DNA from: Planctomycetota bacterium
GTDB lineage: Bacteria; Planctomycetota; B15-G4
Direction: 5' to 3'
DNA length: 64,000 bases
Assembly: GCA_038212275.1 (NCBI GenBank)
Contig: JBBQUR010000009.1
Location: forward strand, 32,001-96,000
Position numbers and translations under genes: made by a program. The notes below the pieces were generated by a model that was not told where the DNA came from, searched no databases, and was given only the letters and a program-made list of their open reading frames with translations. Shown piece by piece: positions 41,447 to 51,243 of the stretch (position 1 is its first letter; each line of letters starts with the position of its first letter).

Positions 41447-43336
41447 ATGACGCGACGTGATTCTAGCCCTCGGCCCGGTCCCTTGGCGCCGGGGCTCGCG
41501 CGCGGTTTGCTGCTGCTCGCGATGCTCGGTGCTTCAGCTGCCGCGCCGCTTCACGCGCAGGCCGGGCCTGCCAAGGCGCCCGACACCACGCCTGTCACCG
41601 CGCCCGCCGCTCCCGTGATGCCGGTGCCGCTCGCGAAGCCCGACAGCCTCGAGGCTTCGGTGACGCTCATGGATTCGATCTTCGACGTCGAGGTCGGCAT
41701 GAAGCTCCTGCGCGAAATCGACCCCTTCTACCGGGTCCGCGGCAATCAGGGCTACCAGCGAAGCCTCGAGCGCATCGTGTCCACGCTGGAAGAGGCCGGC
41801 TTCGGCGACCCGGGCGCCGACGGCCTGCGCGACACGGTGGAGCTGAAGGACTTCGGCGAAATCCTTCCGGCCTGGACGCCGGTGCACGCGCGTCTCGAGG
41901 TCTTCTCGCCCGAGCCGCAGCAGGTGCTCCAGAACTTCGACGACGAAGCGGGCGCGGAGCGCACCTTTCTCTGCACGAACAGCTTTCCGACGCCCCCGGA
42001 CGGAGTGGTCGCGCCTCTCATCCGCTACGACCGAAGTCGCCCCGCGGAGGGATACGCCGGTGCGGTGGTCTACGGCAACGAGCCGGCGGACACGATCTTC
42101 ACCCGCGCCGTGCAGGAGGGCGGCGCGCTCGGGGTCATCTCGAGCTTCCTGCCCGAATACAACCGCGGCAGCGTGAATCGCGACGCGCTGCACTTCAGCC
42201 AGATTCCTTACGACGCCGACCGCCACGGCTTCGGGCTCAGCGTCTCGCCCCTGAACGCCGAGCGCCTCGAGCGACTCATGCAGCAGGGGCTCGTCTACGT
42301 GCGTGTCAACGTGCACGCGTCGTTTGCCGACGCGCGCAGCCGCACGGCGGTCGCGCGCATCGCCGGCACGCTGCCGGGCGCTGGCACGATCGCGCTCGTC
42401 GGCCACCTGGACGAGCCCGGTGCGAACGACAACGGCTCGGGCATCGGCGCCCTTGCGGCGATGGCCAGCGGCTACCTGCGCGCCATCCGCGACGGCCGCA
42501 TCCCGCGGCCGCGCCGCAGCATCACCTTCCTTTTCGGCACGGAGTTCGAGTGCTCGCGCGAGTGGTTGCGCAGCCGTGCGGAACCCGTGGACCTGGCGCT
42601 CGTGCTGGACATGGTGGGCGAGAATCAGGCGCTCACGGGCGCGCCGGCGCTGGTCGAACGCATGCCCGACCCCGGCGCGATCTGGGACCGTCCGCCGCTG
42701 GACCAGCACAGCCAGTGGGGTCGCAGCGACGACGTGCGCGAGAGCGACCTCAAGGGCAGCTTCCTGAACGACTACGTGATGGCGGCCATGTCGGCCCGCG
42801 CGAAGGTCGCCGGCTGGAACTGGCGCACCAACCCATTCGAGGGCGGCAGCGACCACGAGAGTTTCCTGGCGCGCGGCATTCCCGCGGTGCTGCTCTGGCA
42901 CTTCACGGACCAGTACTACCACACGAGTCTCGACCGCCTGGAGGCCGTGGATCCGGCCGAGATGCGCAACGTGTCGGTGGCGGCGCTGGGCCTCGTGCAT
43001 CACTTCGCGAACGCCGGCATCCCGCGGGCCGAGGAGGTGCTCGCGCTCGTGCTGGCGGGAGCGAACGTGCGCCTCGAAGCCGAGGCGGCCAATGCGCGCA
43101 GATACCTCACGGCGCCGGCCGTCGCCAAGGATGCGGCGCAGATCAGCAACGTGACCCGGCGGGAGCGCGCGATCATCGTGGCGTGGAGCCGCTGGTATCG
43201 CGAAGCGCTGCTCTCCATCGAGGGCTTCGACCCGGACACGGGCGCCGGCTCGGAGCGCATCGCGCTCGTCACCGCACTGGACGCGGCGCTCACCGAGATC
43301 CGCGACCTCGAGCAGCGCATCCTCGACACGCTCTGA
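41447..43336 (+). CDS. Secreted M28 family metallopeptidase
   Basis: Signal peptide; GHLDEPGANDNGSG, GTE, LDMVG, GGSDH and YYHTSLD motifs. Confidence 0.88.
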   Translation: MTRRDSSPRPGPLAPGLARGLLLLAMLGASAAAPLHAQAGPAKAPDTTPVTAPAAPVMPVPLAKPDSLEASVTLMDSIFDVEVGMKLLREIDPFYRVRGNQGYQRSLERIVSTLEEAGFGDPGADGLRDTVELKDFGEILPAWTPVHARLEVFSPEPQQVLQNFDDEAGAERTFLCTNSFPTPPDGVVAPLIRYDRSRPAEGYAGAVVYGNEPADTIFTRAVQEGGALGVISSFLPEYNRGSVNRDALHFSQIPYDADRHGFGLSVSPLNAERLERLMQQGLVYVRVNVHASFADARSRTAVARIAGTLPGAGTIALVGHLDEPGANDNGSGIGALAAMASGYLRAIRDGRIPRPRRSITFLFGTEFECSREWLRSRAEPVDLALVLDMVGENQALTGAPALVERMPDPGAIWDRPPLDQHSQWGRSDDVRESDLKGSFLNDYVMAAMSARAKVAGWNWRTNPFEGGSDHESFLARGIPAVLLWHFTDQYYHTSLDRLEAVDPAEMRNVSVAALGLVHHFANAGIPRAEEVLALVLAGANVRLEAEAANARRYLTAPAVAKDAAQISNVTRRERAIIVAWSRWYREALLSIEGFDPDTGAGSERIALVTALDAALTEIRDLEQRILDTL

Positions 43337-43402
43337 GCGACCGAGCGCCTGAGCGCCTGAGCGCCTGAGCGATCGAGCGACCGAGCGACTCAGCGACTCA
43401 GC
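43334..43402. repeat. Degenerate 8-bp tandem repeat (tgagcgcc / cgagcgac) between convergent genes
   Basis: Read directly; about 8 units. Confidence 0.85.
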
Positions 43403-43424
43403 CGTCGAGCCGTCGGACGGGCGG

Positions 43425-44129
43425 TCAGCGGGTGCGCGCGGCGCTCCGGGGCCTGGCACTGCGCGTCCTGACTGTGGCGCGCGTGCTGCGCTTGGCGCCC
43501 GACGCGCGAGCCGTCGCGGTGCGGCGCCGCTTGCGGGTGCGTCGCGCAGCCGCAGCGCGCCGCTCCCGGCGCTGTTTCGCCTTGTAGCGCGCGACCCAGG
43601 TGTCGCGGTACGCCTCGAGCTCGCCGATGGTGCGGAAGAGCTGGTCGCTCGTGGACTCGCCCAGCGCCTCGTCCTTGTCGCAGACGTCGTTGTCGTACTC
43701 GCGGCAGATGGCGGGGCGCGTCTCGTAGATGGTGCAGCGGTTGTCGCTGCCCAGCGCCTGGCACTTGCTGAAGATCTGGATGTACCAGCGGCGGCCTTCG
43801 ACGAAGACGTTCACGCGCTCGTGCAGCAGGTACCAGCGCAGGTTCTCGAAGTCCGCCGGCACGGTGGGGCGGTCGACCTCGAGCGCGAAGTAGCGGCAGC
43901 ACAGAGCGATGCACGAGCCGCACTTGCTCTTCTCGAAGGCCACGCCCTTGCGGCGCGAGCCACGCTGCGCGCCCGGGGGCAGCATCGGCAGGAACACGCC
44001 CGGCTCGGTCGGGAAGACCAGCGGTGCGGTGGGCGGCGCGCCGGTGCGGGATGCCTTGCGGGGCGTCCTGCGGGCCGACGTGCGAGGAGACGGTGCGATG
44101 GTGATTGTCATGGTGCGTTCATGTGCCAT
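43425..44129 (-). CDS. YkgJ family cysteine-cluster protein
   Basis: CGSCIALCC, CQAL...NRCTIYETRPAICREY motifs; basic tail. Start is uncertain. Confidence 0.9.
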   Translation of the reverse strand: MAHERTMTITIAPSPRTSARRTPRKASRTGAPPTAPLVFPTEPGVFLPMLPPGAQRGSRRKGVAFEKSKCGSCIALCCRYFALEVDRPTVPADFENLRWYLLHERVNVFVEGRRWYIQIFSKCQALGSDNRCTIYETRPAICREYDNDVCDKDEALGESTSDQLFRTIGELEAYRDTWVARYKAKQRRERRAAAARRTRKRRRTATARASGAKRSTRATVRTRSARPRSAARTR

Positions 44130-44194
44130 GCACGCGCGCCTCGGTCAATCGCAATCCCCGGGAGAGGCGGCCCGCTCTCGTGGCGCGCGCGGTG

Positions 44195-46435
44195 TCACGG
44201 GCCTTGCCGGGCCGCGCGGACGCGCTCCAGATTCTCGAGCACCGTCGCGTTGCCCGGCTCCAGGGCGAGCGCCCGTTCGAAGCTGGCCTGCGCCTCGTCG
44301 ACGCGGCCCATGCCCAGCAGCAGATTGCCGAGGTTGTTGTGCAGCTCGATGCTGTCCTCGCCGAGTTCCAGCGCGCGCCGGCAGGCCTGTTCGGCCTCTT
44401 CGAAGCGACCGAGCCGCTTGAGCACCAGCCCGCGCAGCAGGTGCGTGCGGCCTTCGTCGGGTTGCAGTGAAATCGCCTCGTCGAGCAGCGCGAGGGCCGC
44501 GGGCTGCGCCTCGGCGTCCTTGAGGCCCTGCGCGACGCGGGCGTCCGCGCGCGCGAGCGCCGCCGCGACATAGAGCTGCCGCTCGGGAATTCCCGGCAGC
44601 GTGCGCAGCTGATCCGCCGCCGTGATGACCGCCGGCAGCGGGCGATCGATGATTCCGGCCACATTGGTCCCGGTGCGCTCGGCCTGCATCACGAGCAGGA
44701 GCCGCCAGGCCTCTTCCCACGCCTCGGTGCCGCGGGGCTGCAGCACCGGGCTGTTCGCGTCCAGCGCAGAGATGAGCTGGTCCCTGCCCTCGGGATAGCC
44801 GGGCGCCAGCAGGATGGACTGCCGCGCGGCCGCCACCGCCGCATCGCGGTGCGCGCGCGCGTCCGCCGCGTCGACGGCGCGGCGCGCGCGCGCCAGTTCG
44901 ATCGAGGCCACGTTGCTCCAGCTCACCTGCAGCCCGCGGCTGTCGGGCCGGATCTCGATCTGCCCGAGCAGGACGACGCCGACGGCGAGCGCGGCGCCCG
45001 CAAGCTTGCGCGGCAGCGGCGCGGTGCCGATGAGCAGCCTGGTGCCGCCGACGATGACTCCCGCAGCGAGGATCCACAGCCCCGGCGCGGCGGAGAGCCG
45101 GTAGCGGCCCATCACGTAGAAAAGCGCGAGCGAGGCCATCACGACGAGGACGCTGCCGCGCACCACGAGCAACCCGCGAGGCCGCCACGGCAGCGCGAGG
45201 AAACCGAGCAGCGCCAGCGGGCCGAGCCAGCTCAGGTCGGAGAGCGGCGTGCCGAGCCACGGCACCGCGCTCCGGGTGAAGTTCCAGTCCTTCACGTCGG
45301 GCACTTCGTCGCCGTGAAAGGTGTGCGCGAGCTTGCGGGCGATGCGCTCCAGCGTCACGGCGGGCCGGCTGGCCGCGCGGCGTGCGACCTCGCGCCACCA
45401 CCACGCGGAGATTTCGCGGCCGGTCATGCGTCGACCGGTGGCGGCCTCGGCCACGGACACGGCATCGGACTCCTCGAAGGCGGCGTCGCCGTGACCGGCC
45501 AGCAACGGCTCATAAGCGACGCCGCGCCAGCCCTCGTCGCCGTCGGGCTGGCCGATGGCCGCGTTGCTGCCGGCCTGATAGGTGCTCAGCACGAAGTCGC
45601 CGCGGCGCAGGTTGTGCACCGTGGCGGGCAGCAGCGCGAGCAGGGCGCAGAACAGCACGAGCGCCGCCGGCAGCAGTCGGCGTCGGCCGCCGATGGACAT
45701 CAGCAGCGAGAGCAGCACGGCACCGAGCAGCAGGTAGGTGTTGCCGCGCAGCAGCACGCCGAGTCCGAGCGCCAGACCCAGCACCACCGAGCGGCCGAGC
45801 GCGGGCCGCGCCCGCTGCGTGCGCTCGGCGCCGACCGCACCGCCGTCCCCGGCACCGGAGACGGGCCGGTCGGTGAGCACGTCCAGCCACAGGTGCAGGC
45901 TGAGCACCCAGAGCAGCAGCGCGGCGCCCTCCTTGAGCAGCATGGATTCCGCGAAGATGGTCGGCCCCGACAGCGCGGCGAAGAGGCCGGCAAGCAGTCC
46001 GGCCGGCGCGCCGAGGCAGCGGCAACCCAGCAGCGCGACGGCGACGGCGAGCAGCACGCCCAGCAGGTGCTGCCCCGCGATCACGCCTTCGTGCACCGGC
46101 TCCTTGGGGACGACCGCCGTGCCGGGCGCCACCGGCGAAGGCGGAAACAGCCGGTAGATCTGCCCCAGGCTCCACGCGTAGAGCGGCTCCTGATAGAAGG
46201 CGCGCTCGCGGTCCAGCGTGCCGGCCGCGACCTTCCGGGCGAAGCCGTCGTAGGCGCGCTCGTCGCCCAGAAGGTTGGCGGCCATCGTGCCGACGGCGCC
46301 CGTGTCGTGGTGCAGCGCGGTCTCGTAACTCACGCGCGCCAGCAGTGCGACGATGGCGACGACCAGCGCGATGAGCCGGCGCGAACGTCGCGAGGCGTGC
46401 GCGACGGCCCCGGGAGGCGCGCGCTGGTCACTCAT
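44195..46435 (-). CDS. Multi-TM GT-C-like glycosyltransferase with C-terminal TPRs
   Basis: First-loop DE motif (LLGDERAYD...FYQEPLY), LLRGN and GRYRL motifs, then TPR repeats (LHNNLGNLL...A..SFERALALEP). Confidence 0.75.
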   Translation of the reverse strand: MSDQRAPPGAVAHASRRSRRLIALVVAIVALLARVSYETALHHDTGAVGTMAANLLGDERAYDGFARKVAAGTLDRERAFYQEPLYAWSLGQIYRLFPPSPVAPGTAVVPKEPVHEGVIAGQHLLGVLLAVAVALLGCRCLGAPAGLLAGLFAALSGPTIFAESMLLKEGAALLLWVLSLHLWLDVLTDRPVSGAGDGGAVGAERTQRARPALGRSVVLGLALGLGVLLRGNTYLLLGAVLLSLLMSIGGRRRLLPAALVLFCALLALLPATVHNLRRGDFVLSTYQAGSNAAIGQPDGDEGWRGVAYEPLLAGHGDAAFEESDAVSVAEAATGRRMTGREISAWWWREVARRAASRPAVTLERIARKLAHTFHGDEVPDVKDWNFTRSAVPWLGTPLSDLSWLGPLALLGFLALPWRPRGLLVVRGSVLVVMASLALFYVMGRYRLSAAPGLWILAAGVIVGGTRLLIGTAPLPRKLAGAALAVGVVLLGQIEIRPDSRGLQVSWSNVASIELARARRAVDAADARAHRDAAVAAARQSILLAPGYPEGRDQLISALDANSPVLQPRGTEAWEEAWRLLLVMQAERTGTNVAGIIDRPLPAVITAADQLRTLPGIPERQLYVAAALARADARVAQGLKDAEAQPAALALLDEAISLQPDEGRTHLLRGLVLKRLGRFEEAEQACRRALELGEDSIELHNNLGNLLLGMGRVDEAQASFERALALEPGNATVLENLERVRAARQGP

Positions 46436-48030
46436 GGCCGCACGAAGATCGCCAGGTCCTGATGCAGCGGGCTGTCGATGACGGCCGGATGGGAGACGTG
46501 AAACGTGGCGACGCGCTTCGTGAGCCCCAGCGGTCCGGCATAGTCCTGCGCCTGCTGCGCGAGCGCGGCCTGCACCTCGGGCGGGGCACCGGCCATGACG
46601 GCTGCGAACTCGGGGCTGTGGGCCGAAGCCCAGGCCGCCGGGAACACCGCCAGCGCGTCGGGCTTCTGCTGCATGAGATAGGTGCCGATGGCCTGCTCGG
46701 CGCGCTCCACGGCCTTGGCGCCGAGAGCCCGGTCACGGCCGGTGATGAGGGCGTTGAGCTGGTGGTCATTGTTGCCGTAGATGTCCAGCACGGGACGGCG
46801 TCCGAAGTAGCGGATCGCGCCGGCATCGTGCGCCGCCACCAGCGCGCCCTCCGGCAGGTTCTCGCGGATCCACAGGCCGGCCGCGACGTTGAGCGCTTCC
46901 ACGTCGGCGCACTCGGCCACGAAGCGTTGCGTCACGTCCACGGCATGGGCGGGCACGTCACGCGCCAGAAACCCGACCAGCACGATCGGCGCGATGAGCA
47001 GGGAGGCCGCCAGCGGCCGGCAGTACATGCCCGCCCAGGCGGTGCGCACCAGCGAGGCAAGGCCTGCACCGAGGAGCACCAGCAGCGGCGGCCACGCGAG
47101 CAGGGCGTAGCGCTCCCAGTAGAAGGGCACGCGCGGCGGGAAAAAGCTCACCGGCATCGCCCGCGTGAACAGCACGCCGACCAGCAGCGACAAGCCGAGC
47201 GAGCCGAGCACCAGCGTGAGGCGTCGTGCGACGCCCTCCAGCGCGAAGGCGCCGACGCCCAGCAGCACCGGCAGCGCCCAGCCCCAGCCCGTGTCGCCTG
47301 CCAGCGCCGCGACGGTGCGCCCCATGGCCGGCAGGTCCAGCACGAATTCCGCCTTGCTCTGCCAGGTGTTGGGCCACGGCTGGCCGGTCACCCAGAGGTT
47401 CCATGCGGCGAACGGCGCCGCCAGGAGGACGATGGGCAGCAGGAAGGCCAGCGCGCGACGACGATGGCGCCAGAGCAGGGCCGCCGACACCGGCACCAGG
47501 ATGAGCGCCTCGGGTCGCGTGAGGATGGCCAGCCCGAGCACGAGCCCCGCCTTGCTGACGTTCTCGTCGAAGAGCGCTTCCGCGAGCAGCAGCGTGAGCA
47601 GGGCGAAGAGCGGCAGCTCCATGCCCGAATAGGTGCCCGAGAGCAGCAGCGGATCGATGGCGAGAAGAATGGCCGCGAAGCAGGCGGGCCAGCTTCCGGC
47701 GCGCCCGCCGAGGCGGTAGGCGACCCGCGCCGCGAGCAATGCGCACAGGCAACCGAGCAGGCGCATGCCCCAGTCCGGACGCCCGCCGCGGCCGACCCAC
47801 TCGGCGATGCCCACCGGGATGGCGGCAAGGATCGTCCACAGCGGCGACGTGACGCCGGCCTCCGAGCTCCCGTGGTTGTAGGAGAAGCCTTCGCCGACGG
47901 CGAGCGCGCGGGCATAGACCATGTGGCCCCACGCATCGTCCAGCGGGAAGCCCGGTCCGACCCCACGGAGGAAGAGCCCGCCAGCCAGGAGGGTGATGAC
48001 GACGAGGGGAGCGGTGATGCGCCACGACAT
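46432..48030 (-). CDS. Multi-TM GT-C-like (ArnT/AftB-like) membrane protein
   Basis: PLDDAWGH..YAR, G.TSPLW, SGMELPL, LTRPE, PNT..SK, ERY and DAGAIRYF motifs. Its stop overlaps the next start. Confidence 0.75.
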   Translation of the reverse strand: MSWRITAPLVVITLLAGGLFLRGVGPGFPLDDAWGHMVYARALAVGEGFSYNHGSSEAGVTSPLWTILAAIPVGIAEWVGRGGRPDWGMRLLGCLCALLAARVAYRLGGRAGSWPACFAAILLAIDPLLLSGTYSGMELPLFALLTLLLAEALFDENVSKAGLVLGLAILTRPEALILVPVSAALLWRHRRRALAFLLPIVLLAAPFAAWNLWVTGQPWPNTWQSKAEFVLDLPAMGRTVAALAGDTGWGWALPVLLGVGAFALEGVARRLTLVLGSLGLSLLVGVLFTRAMPVSFFPPRVPFYWERYALLAWPPLLVLLGAGLASLVRTAWAGMYCRPLAASLLIAPIVLVGFLARDVPAHAVDVTQRFVAECADVEALNVAAGLWIRENLPEGALVAAHDAGAIRYFGRRPVLDIYGNNDHQLNALITGRDRALGAKAVERAEQAIGTYLMQQKPDALAVFPAAWASAHSPEFAAVMAGAPPEVQAALAQQAQDYAGPLGLTKRVATFHVSHPAVIDSPLHQDLAIFVRP

Positions 48031-48176
48031 CGTCGGAAGGCTAGCAAACGCTACGCTGGGAGTGTTGCACTCCGGGCGCCGCCAGAGCCGATGGGGGGCC
48101 GACCACCACCATTGCCCGCCTCGCGCACTGGCGCGGGCACCACACCGCGCACCTCCCTGGGTTCATCTCGGTCATC

Positions 48177-49382
48177 ATGCGACGCCTTCTGATCGCCGTG
48201 CTCGCGCTGCTCGTCGTGGCGGCCGTGGTGCACTGGCTCATGTCGCGTCCCGTCGTGCGCTTCTCGCTGGGCAAGGCGGAGGTGCTGGTCGGCGCGCCGG
48301 GCGTGTCCAGTTTTGCGGTGCGCGAGCCGGGCGGCTCGTGGAGGCTGTACCCGGCCAGTGCACGCAAGGTCGAAGACGGCATGCTCCTGCCCGGACCCGC
48401 GCTCGGCATGCCGGCGCTGCAGGCCGATGGCTCGGTCTTCGTGCTCACCGACGAGGGCCTGCGCTGGGTGCATGGCAGCCAGCCGCTGGTTCCAGGCGGC
48501 GAAGTGCTCATGGTGCTCCGGCGCGACGAGTTGCCGGCGGACTGCCGGCTCGAAGGCGTCATCGGCGGCAAGCAGGCGCTGCTCTCGTCGCCGGTGTCCC
48601 CTGCGACCGGGCCGTCGGGGCCGCGCAAGCTGTTGCTCTGCGAAGGCGCGCCGACATCCGCGAAGCTGCGCCCAGTCTTCGATGCGGACAGCGAGGCGCA
48701 CATGCCGCCGGGCGAGGTGCCCGTGCTCTCGCACGGCGCGCCCGCCTTCGCATTCCGCGGCGACGACGGCTGGGAGGCCTGGTCGCTGCAGGCGCCCAAC
48801 CTGGCCCATCGTGCGGTGGCGGACGGTTGCAAACGTCCTGGCGCGGTCTTCGCGCCCGGCGGGCAGACGCTCATCGTGCCGGGCCGCACCGACGGCATCT
48901 GGATGCTGAGCGTCAAGGACGGGCGGCTCACCCTGATGGCCGGGGGCAACCTGGGCGTCTCGCGCCGCGTGCCGCACAAGGTCGGCTTCCGCACGCAGCC
49001 GGCGCTGCTGGTGGCGCCTGGCCTGGACCTCGAAGGCTGGTTGCAGATTTACCAGACGCACCTTTCGGGCGGCGGGCGCGCGAGCTTCGGCGCGGGCTTC
49101 ATGCACCACTATGGTGTCGTCATGTCCACCGACGGCAATCTCATGACCTACGCGCAGGCCAGCTTCGACGAGAATTCCGACACGCCGTTCGCCGAAGATC
49201 TGTACCTCTTCGACTTCGCGCAACCCGCGCCGACCGCGCTTTTCCTGGACACGCGGCAGGGCGGCGGCACGGAGCAAGGACCGTTTTTCCTCGGCACCGG
49301 CGGCTCGCTGGTGTATCTGGCGCGCGGCGAGGTGCTGCGTGTCGAACCGATGCCACTCTCCGCCCGTGAGGGAACGCCATGA
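48177..49382 (+). CDS. Hypothetical anchored protein, probable TolB-like beta-propeller
   Basis: N-terminal TM segment; repeats such as FAPGGQTL and MSTDGNLMTY. Confidence 0.6.
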   Translation: MRRLLIAVLALLVVAAVVHWLMSRPVVRFSLGKAEVLVGAPGVSSFAVREPGGSWRLYPASARKVEDGMLLPGPALGMPALQADGSVFVLTDEGLRWVHGSQPLVPGGEVLMVLRRDELPADCRLEGVIGGKQALLSSPVSPATGPSGPRKLLLCEGAPTSAKLRPVFDADSEAHMPPGEVPVLSHGAPAFAFRGDDGWEAWSLQAPNLAHRAVADGCKRPGAVFAPGGQTLIVPGRTDGIWMLSVKDGRLTLMAGGNLGVSRRVPHKVGFRTQPALLVAPGLDLEGWLQIYQTHLSGGGRASFGAGFMHHYGVVMSTDGNLMTYAQASFDENSDTPFAEDLYLFDFAQPAPTALFLDTRQGGGTEQGPFFLGTGGSLVYLARGEVLRVEPMPLSAREGTP

Positions 49383-51040
49383 TGCCTGGGATCGATCGTT
49401 GTGGTGCGCACGCTGCGCGGGCGCCGGGCCTGAGCGGCCGGCTTTCGCGGCGCCGAGTCCTGCCGGGTCTGCTCATGCTGGCGCTGGCAGCGGGCGCGTG
49501 CAGCGCGGCGCGCGCGCAGGGAACGGCCGTGCAGGAGCAGGGCACACTGCTGGCGCGGCACGAGATCGCCACCACCGTCCCCGTCGCCCGGCGCATCGAC
49601 GCGCACCTGGAGTTTCTCGCCAGCGACGACCTCGGCGGCCGCGAGACCGGCACCGTGCACTCGCTGGTCACCGCGCAGTACGTCGCGTCGGTGTTCCGCT
49701 CCATCGGGCTGAAGCCCGCGGGCGAGGATGGCACCTTCTTCCAGCAGTATCCGATGTCCGCGAACCGGCTCCTGGAGGAGAGCACCACGCTGACGCTCTC
49801 GGGCGCGCAGAGCGACTCGGTGGCCTTCTCGCACTTCGACGACTTCATCGTGAGCGGCTACGAGAACACGGGCTTCGACGTCTCCGGCGAGGTCGTGTTC
49901 GCGGACTACGGCATCGTGAACGAGACGGCCGGCGTGGACGACTACGCAGGCCTCGACGTGACCGGCCGCTTCGTGCTCGCCTTCAGCGGCCGGCCCTCGG
50001 GGCGCAACGACCTGCGCGGTTCGTCGCAGACGCGCGCCAAGAAGGCCGCGGCCATCGCGCGCGGCGCCATCGGCCTGCTGCTCATGACCGACCCGGCCGA
50101 CGAGTCGTCACGCAATCTGTACGAGCAACTCGTCTACCAGGCGCGCCACCCGACCATGTCGCTGGCCAATCGCGAGCAACTGCCGGCGTACCCCGTGGTC
50201 ATGCTGCAAGCGGGGCCGGCGGCGGCCATCCTCGGTGCCGCCGGACTTGGGCTCGATGCGGAGCGCGCCGCGCGTGCGGCTGCGCTGGTGCCGGGCCGCG
50301 CACTGACCGGCGTGAGCCTGTCGCTGAAGGCCGCCGTGGAGACGCAGCTGACCCATGCGGACAACATCGTCGGCGTACTGCCCGGCACGGACCCGGCGCT
50401 TGCGGGCGAGTACGTGATCCTCTCCGCACACAACGACCACATCGGCATCGCGCGCGACGGGCGCATCAACAACGGCGCCGACGACAATGCCTCGGGCACG
50501 ACCACGCTGCTGGCTGCGGCCGAAGTGCTGGCCGCCGGCCCGCCGCTGCGGCGCTCCTTGCTCTTCCTCTCCGTGTCGGGCGAGGAGAAAGGGCTGTGGG
50601 GGAGCGCCTGGTGGTGCGGCCATCCGACGGTGCCGCTGGACCAGTGCGTCGGCGACATCAACATCGACATGGTCGGGCGCAACGACCCCGACGCCGTCGG
50701 CGCGACGCCGTCTCCGAAGCACCCCGACTTCAACACGATGGTGCAGCGCGCCGTGGCGCTGGGGCCCGAGGCCGGCATGCACGTCACGTGGACCGCGCCC
50801 TCCGCCGGCGATGACCTCGTGGACAACTACTACCAGCGCAGCGACCACTACAACTTCGCGCTCAGCGGCATCCCGGTGGTCTTCTTCTTCAGCGGCCTGC
50901 ACGAGGACTACCACCGCACGACCGACACGGTCGAGAAGATCAACCGCGACAAGCTCTACCGCATGGTCGCGCTGGTGAACCTGCTCGTCGCCGACACCGC
51001 GAACGCCTCCGCACGGCCGGTCAAGACCACCGCGGGCTGA
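49379..51040 (+). CDS. Secreted M28 family metallopeptidase with PA-like insert
   Basis: LASDDLGGRETG, SAHNDHIG, NGADDNASG, GEEKGLWGS, NIDMVGR, RSDHYNF and DYHRTTD motifs. SRRRVL N-region is Tat-like. Confidence 0.92.
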   Translation: MMPGIDRCGAHAARAPGLSGRLSRRRVLPGLLMLALAAGACSAARAQGTAVQEQGTLLARHEIATTVPVARRIDAHLEFLASDDLGGRETGTVHSLVTAQYVASVFRSIGLKPAGEDGTFFQQYPMSANRLLEESTTLTLSGAQSDSVAFSHFDDFIVSGYENTGFDVSGEVVFADYGIVNETAGVDDYAGLDVTGRFVLAFSGRPSGRNDLRGSSQTRAKKAAAIARGAIGLLLMTDPADESSRNLYEQLVYQARHPTMSLANREQLPAYPVVMLQAGPAAAILGAAGLGLDAERAARAAALVPGRALTGVSLSLKAAVETQLTHADNIVGVLPGTDPALAGEYVILSAHNDHIGIARDGRINNGADDNASGTTTLLAAAEVLAAGPPLRRSLLFLSVSGEEKGLWGSAWWCGHPTVPLDQCVGDINIDMVGRNDPDAVGATPSPKHPDFNTMVQRAVALGPEAGMHVTWTAPSAGDDLVDNYYQRSDHYNFALSGIPVVFFFSGLHEDYHRTTDTVEKINRDKLYRMVALVNLLVADTANASARPVKTTAG

Positions 51041-51243
51041 CCGCCCGGAGGTGATGATTCCCGAGCCGAGCGGTGTGACTCCGGGGCGCTCCGGACCAAC
51101 AATGACAGGCTGGAGACCGTCAACGCCGCGCCCGCAGCGGGATCCGTCTCCGATCCGCCGATAGGGTCGAGAGCATCCCGGTCCGTCCTGCCGGTGTTCC
51201 AGAGACCTCAGGCCCGACGACCCCGGTGGTATCCTCCCGCATC

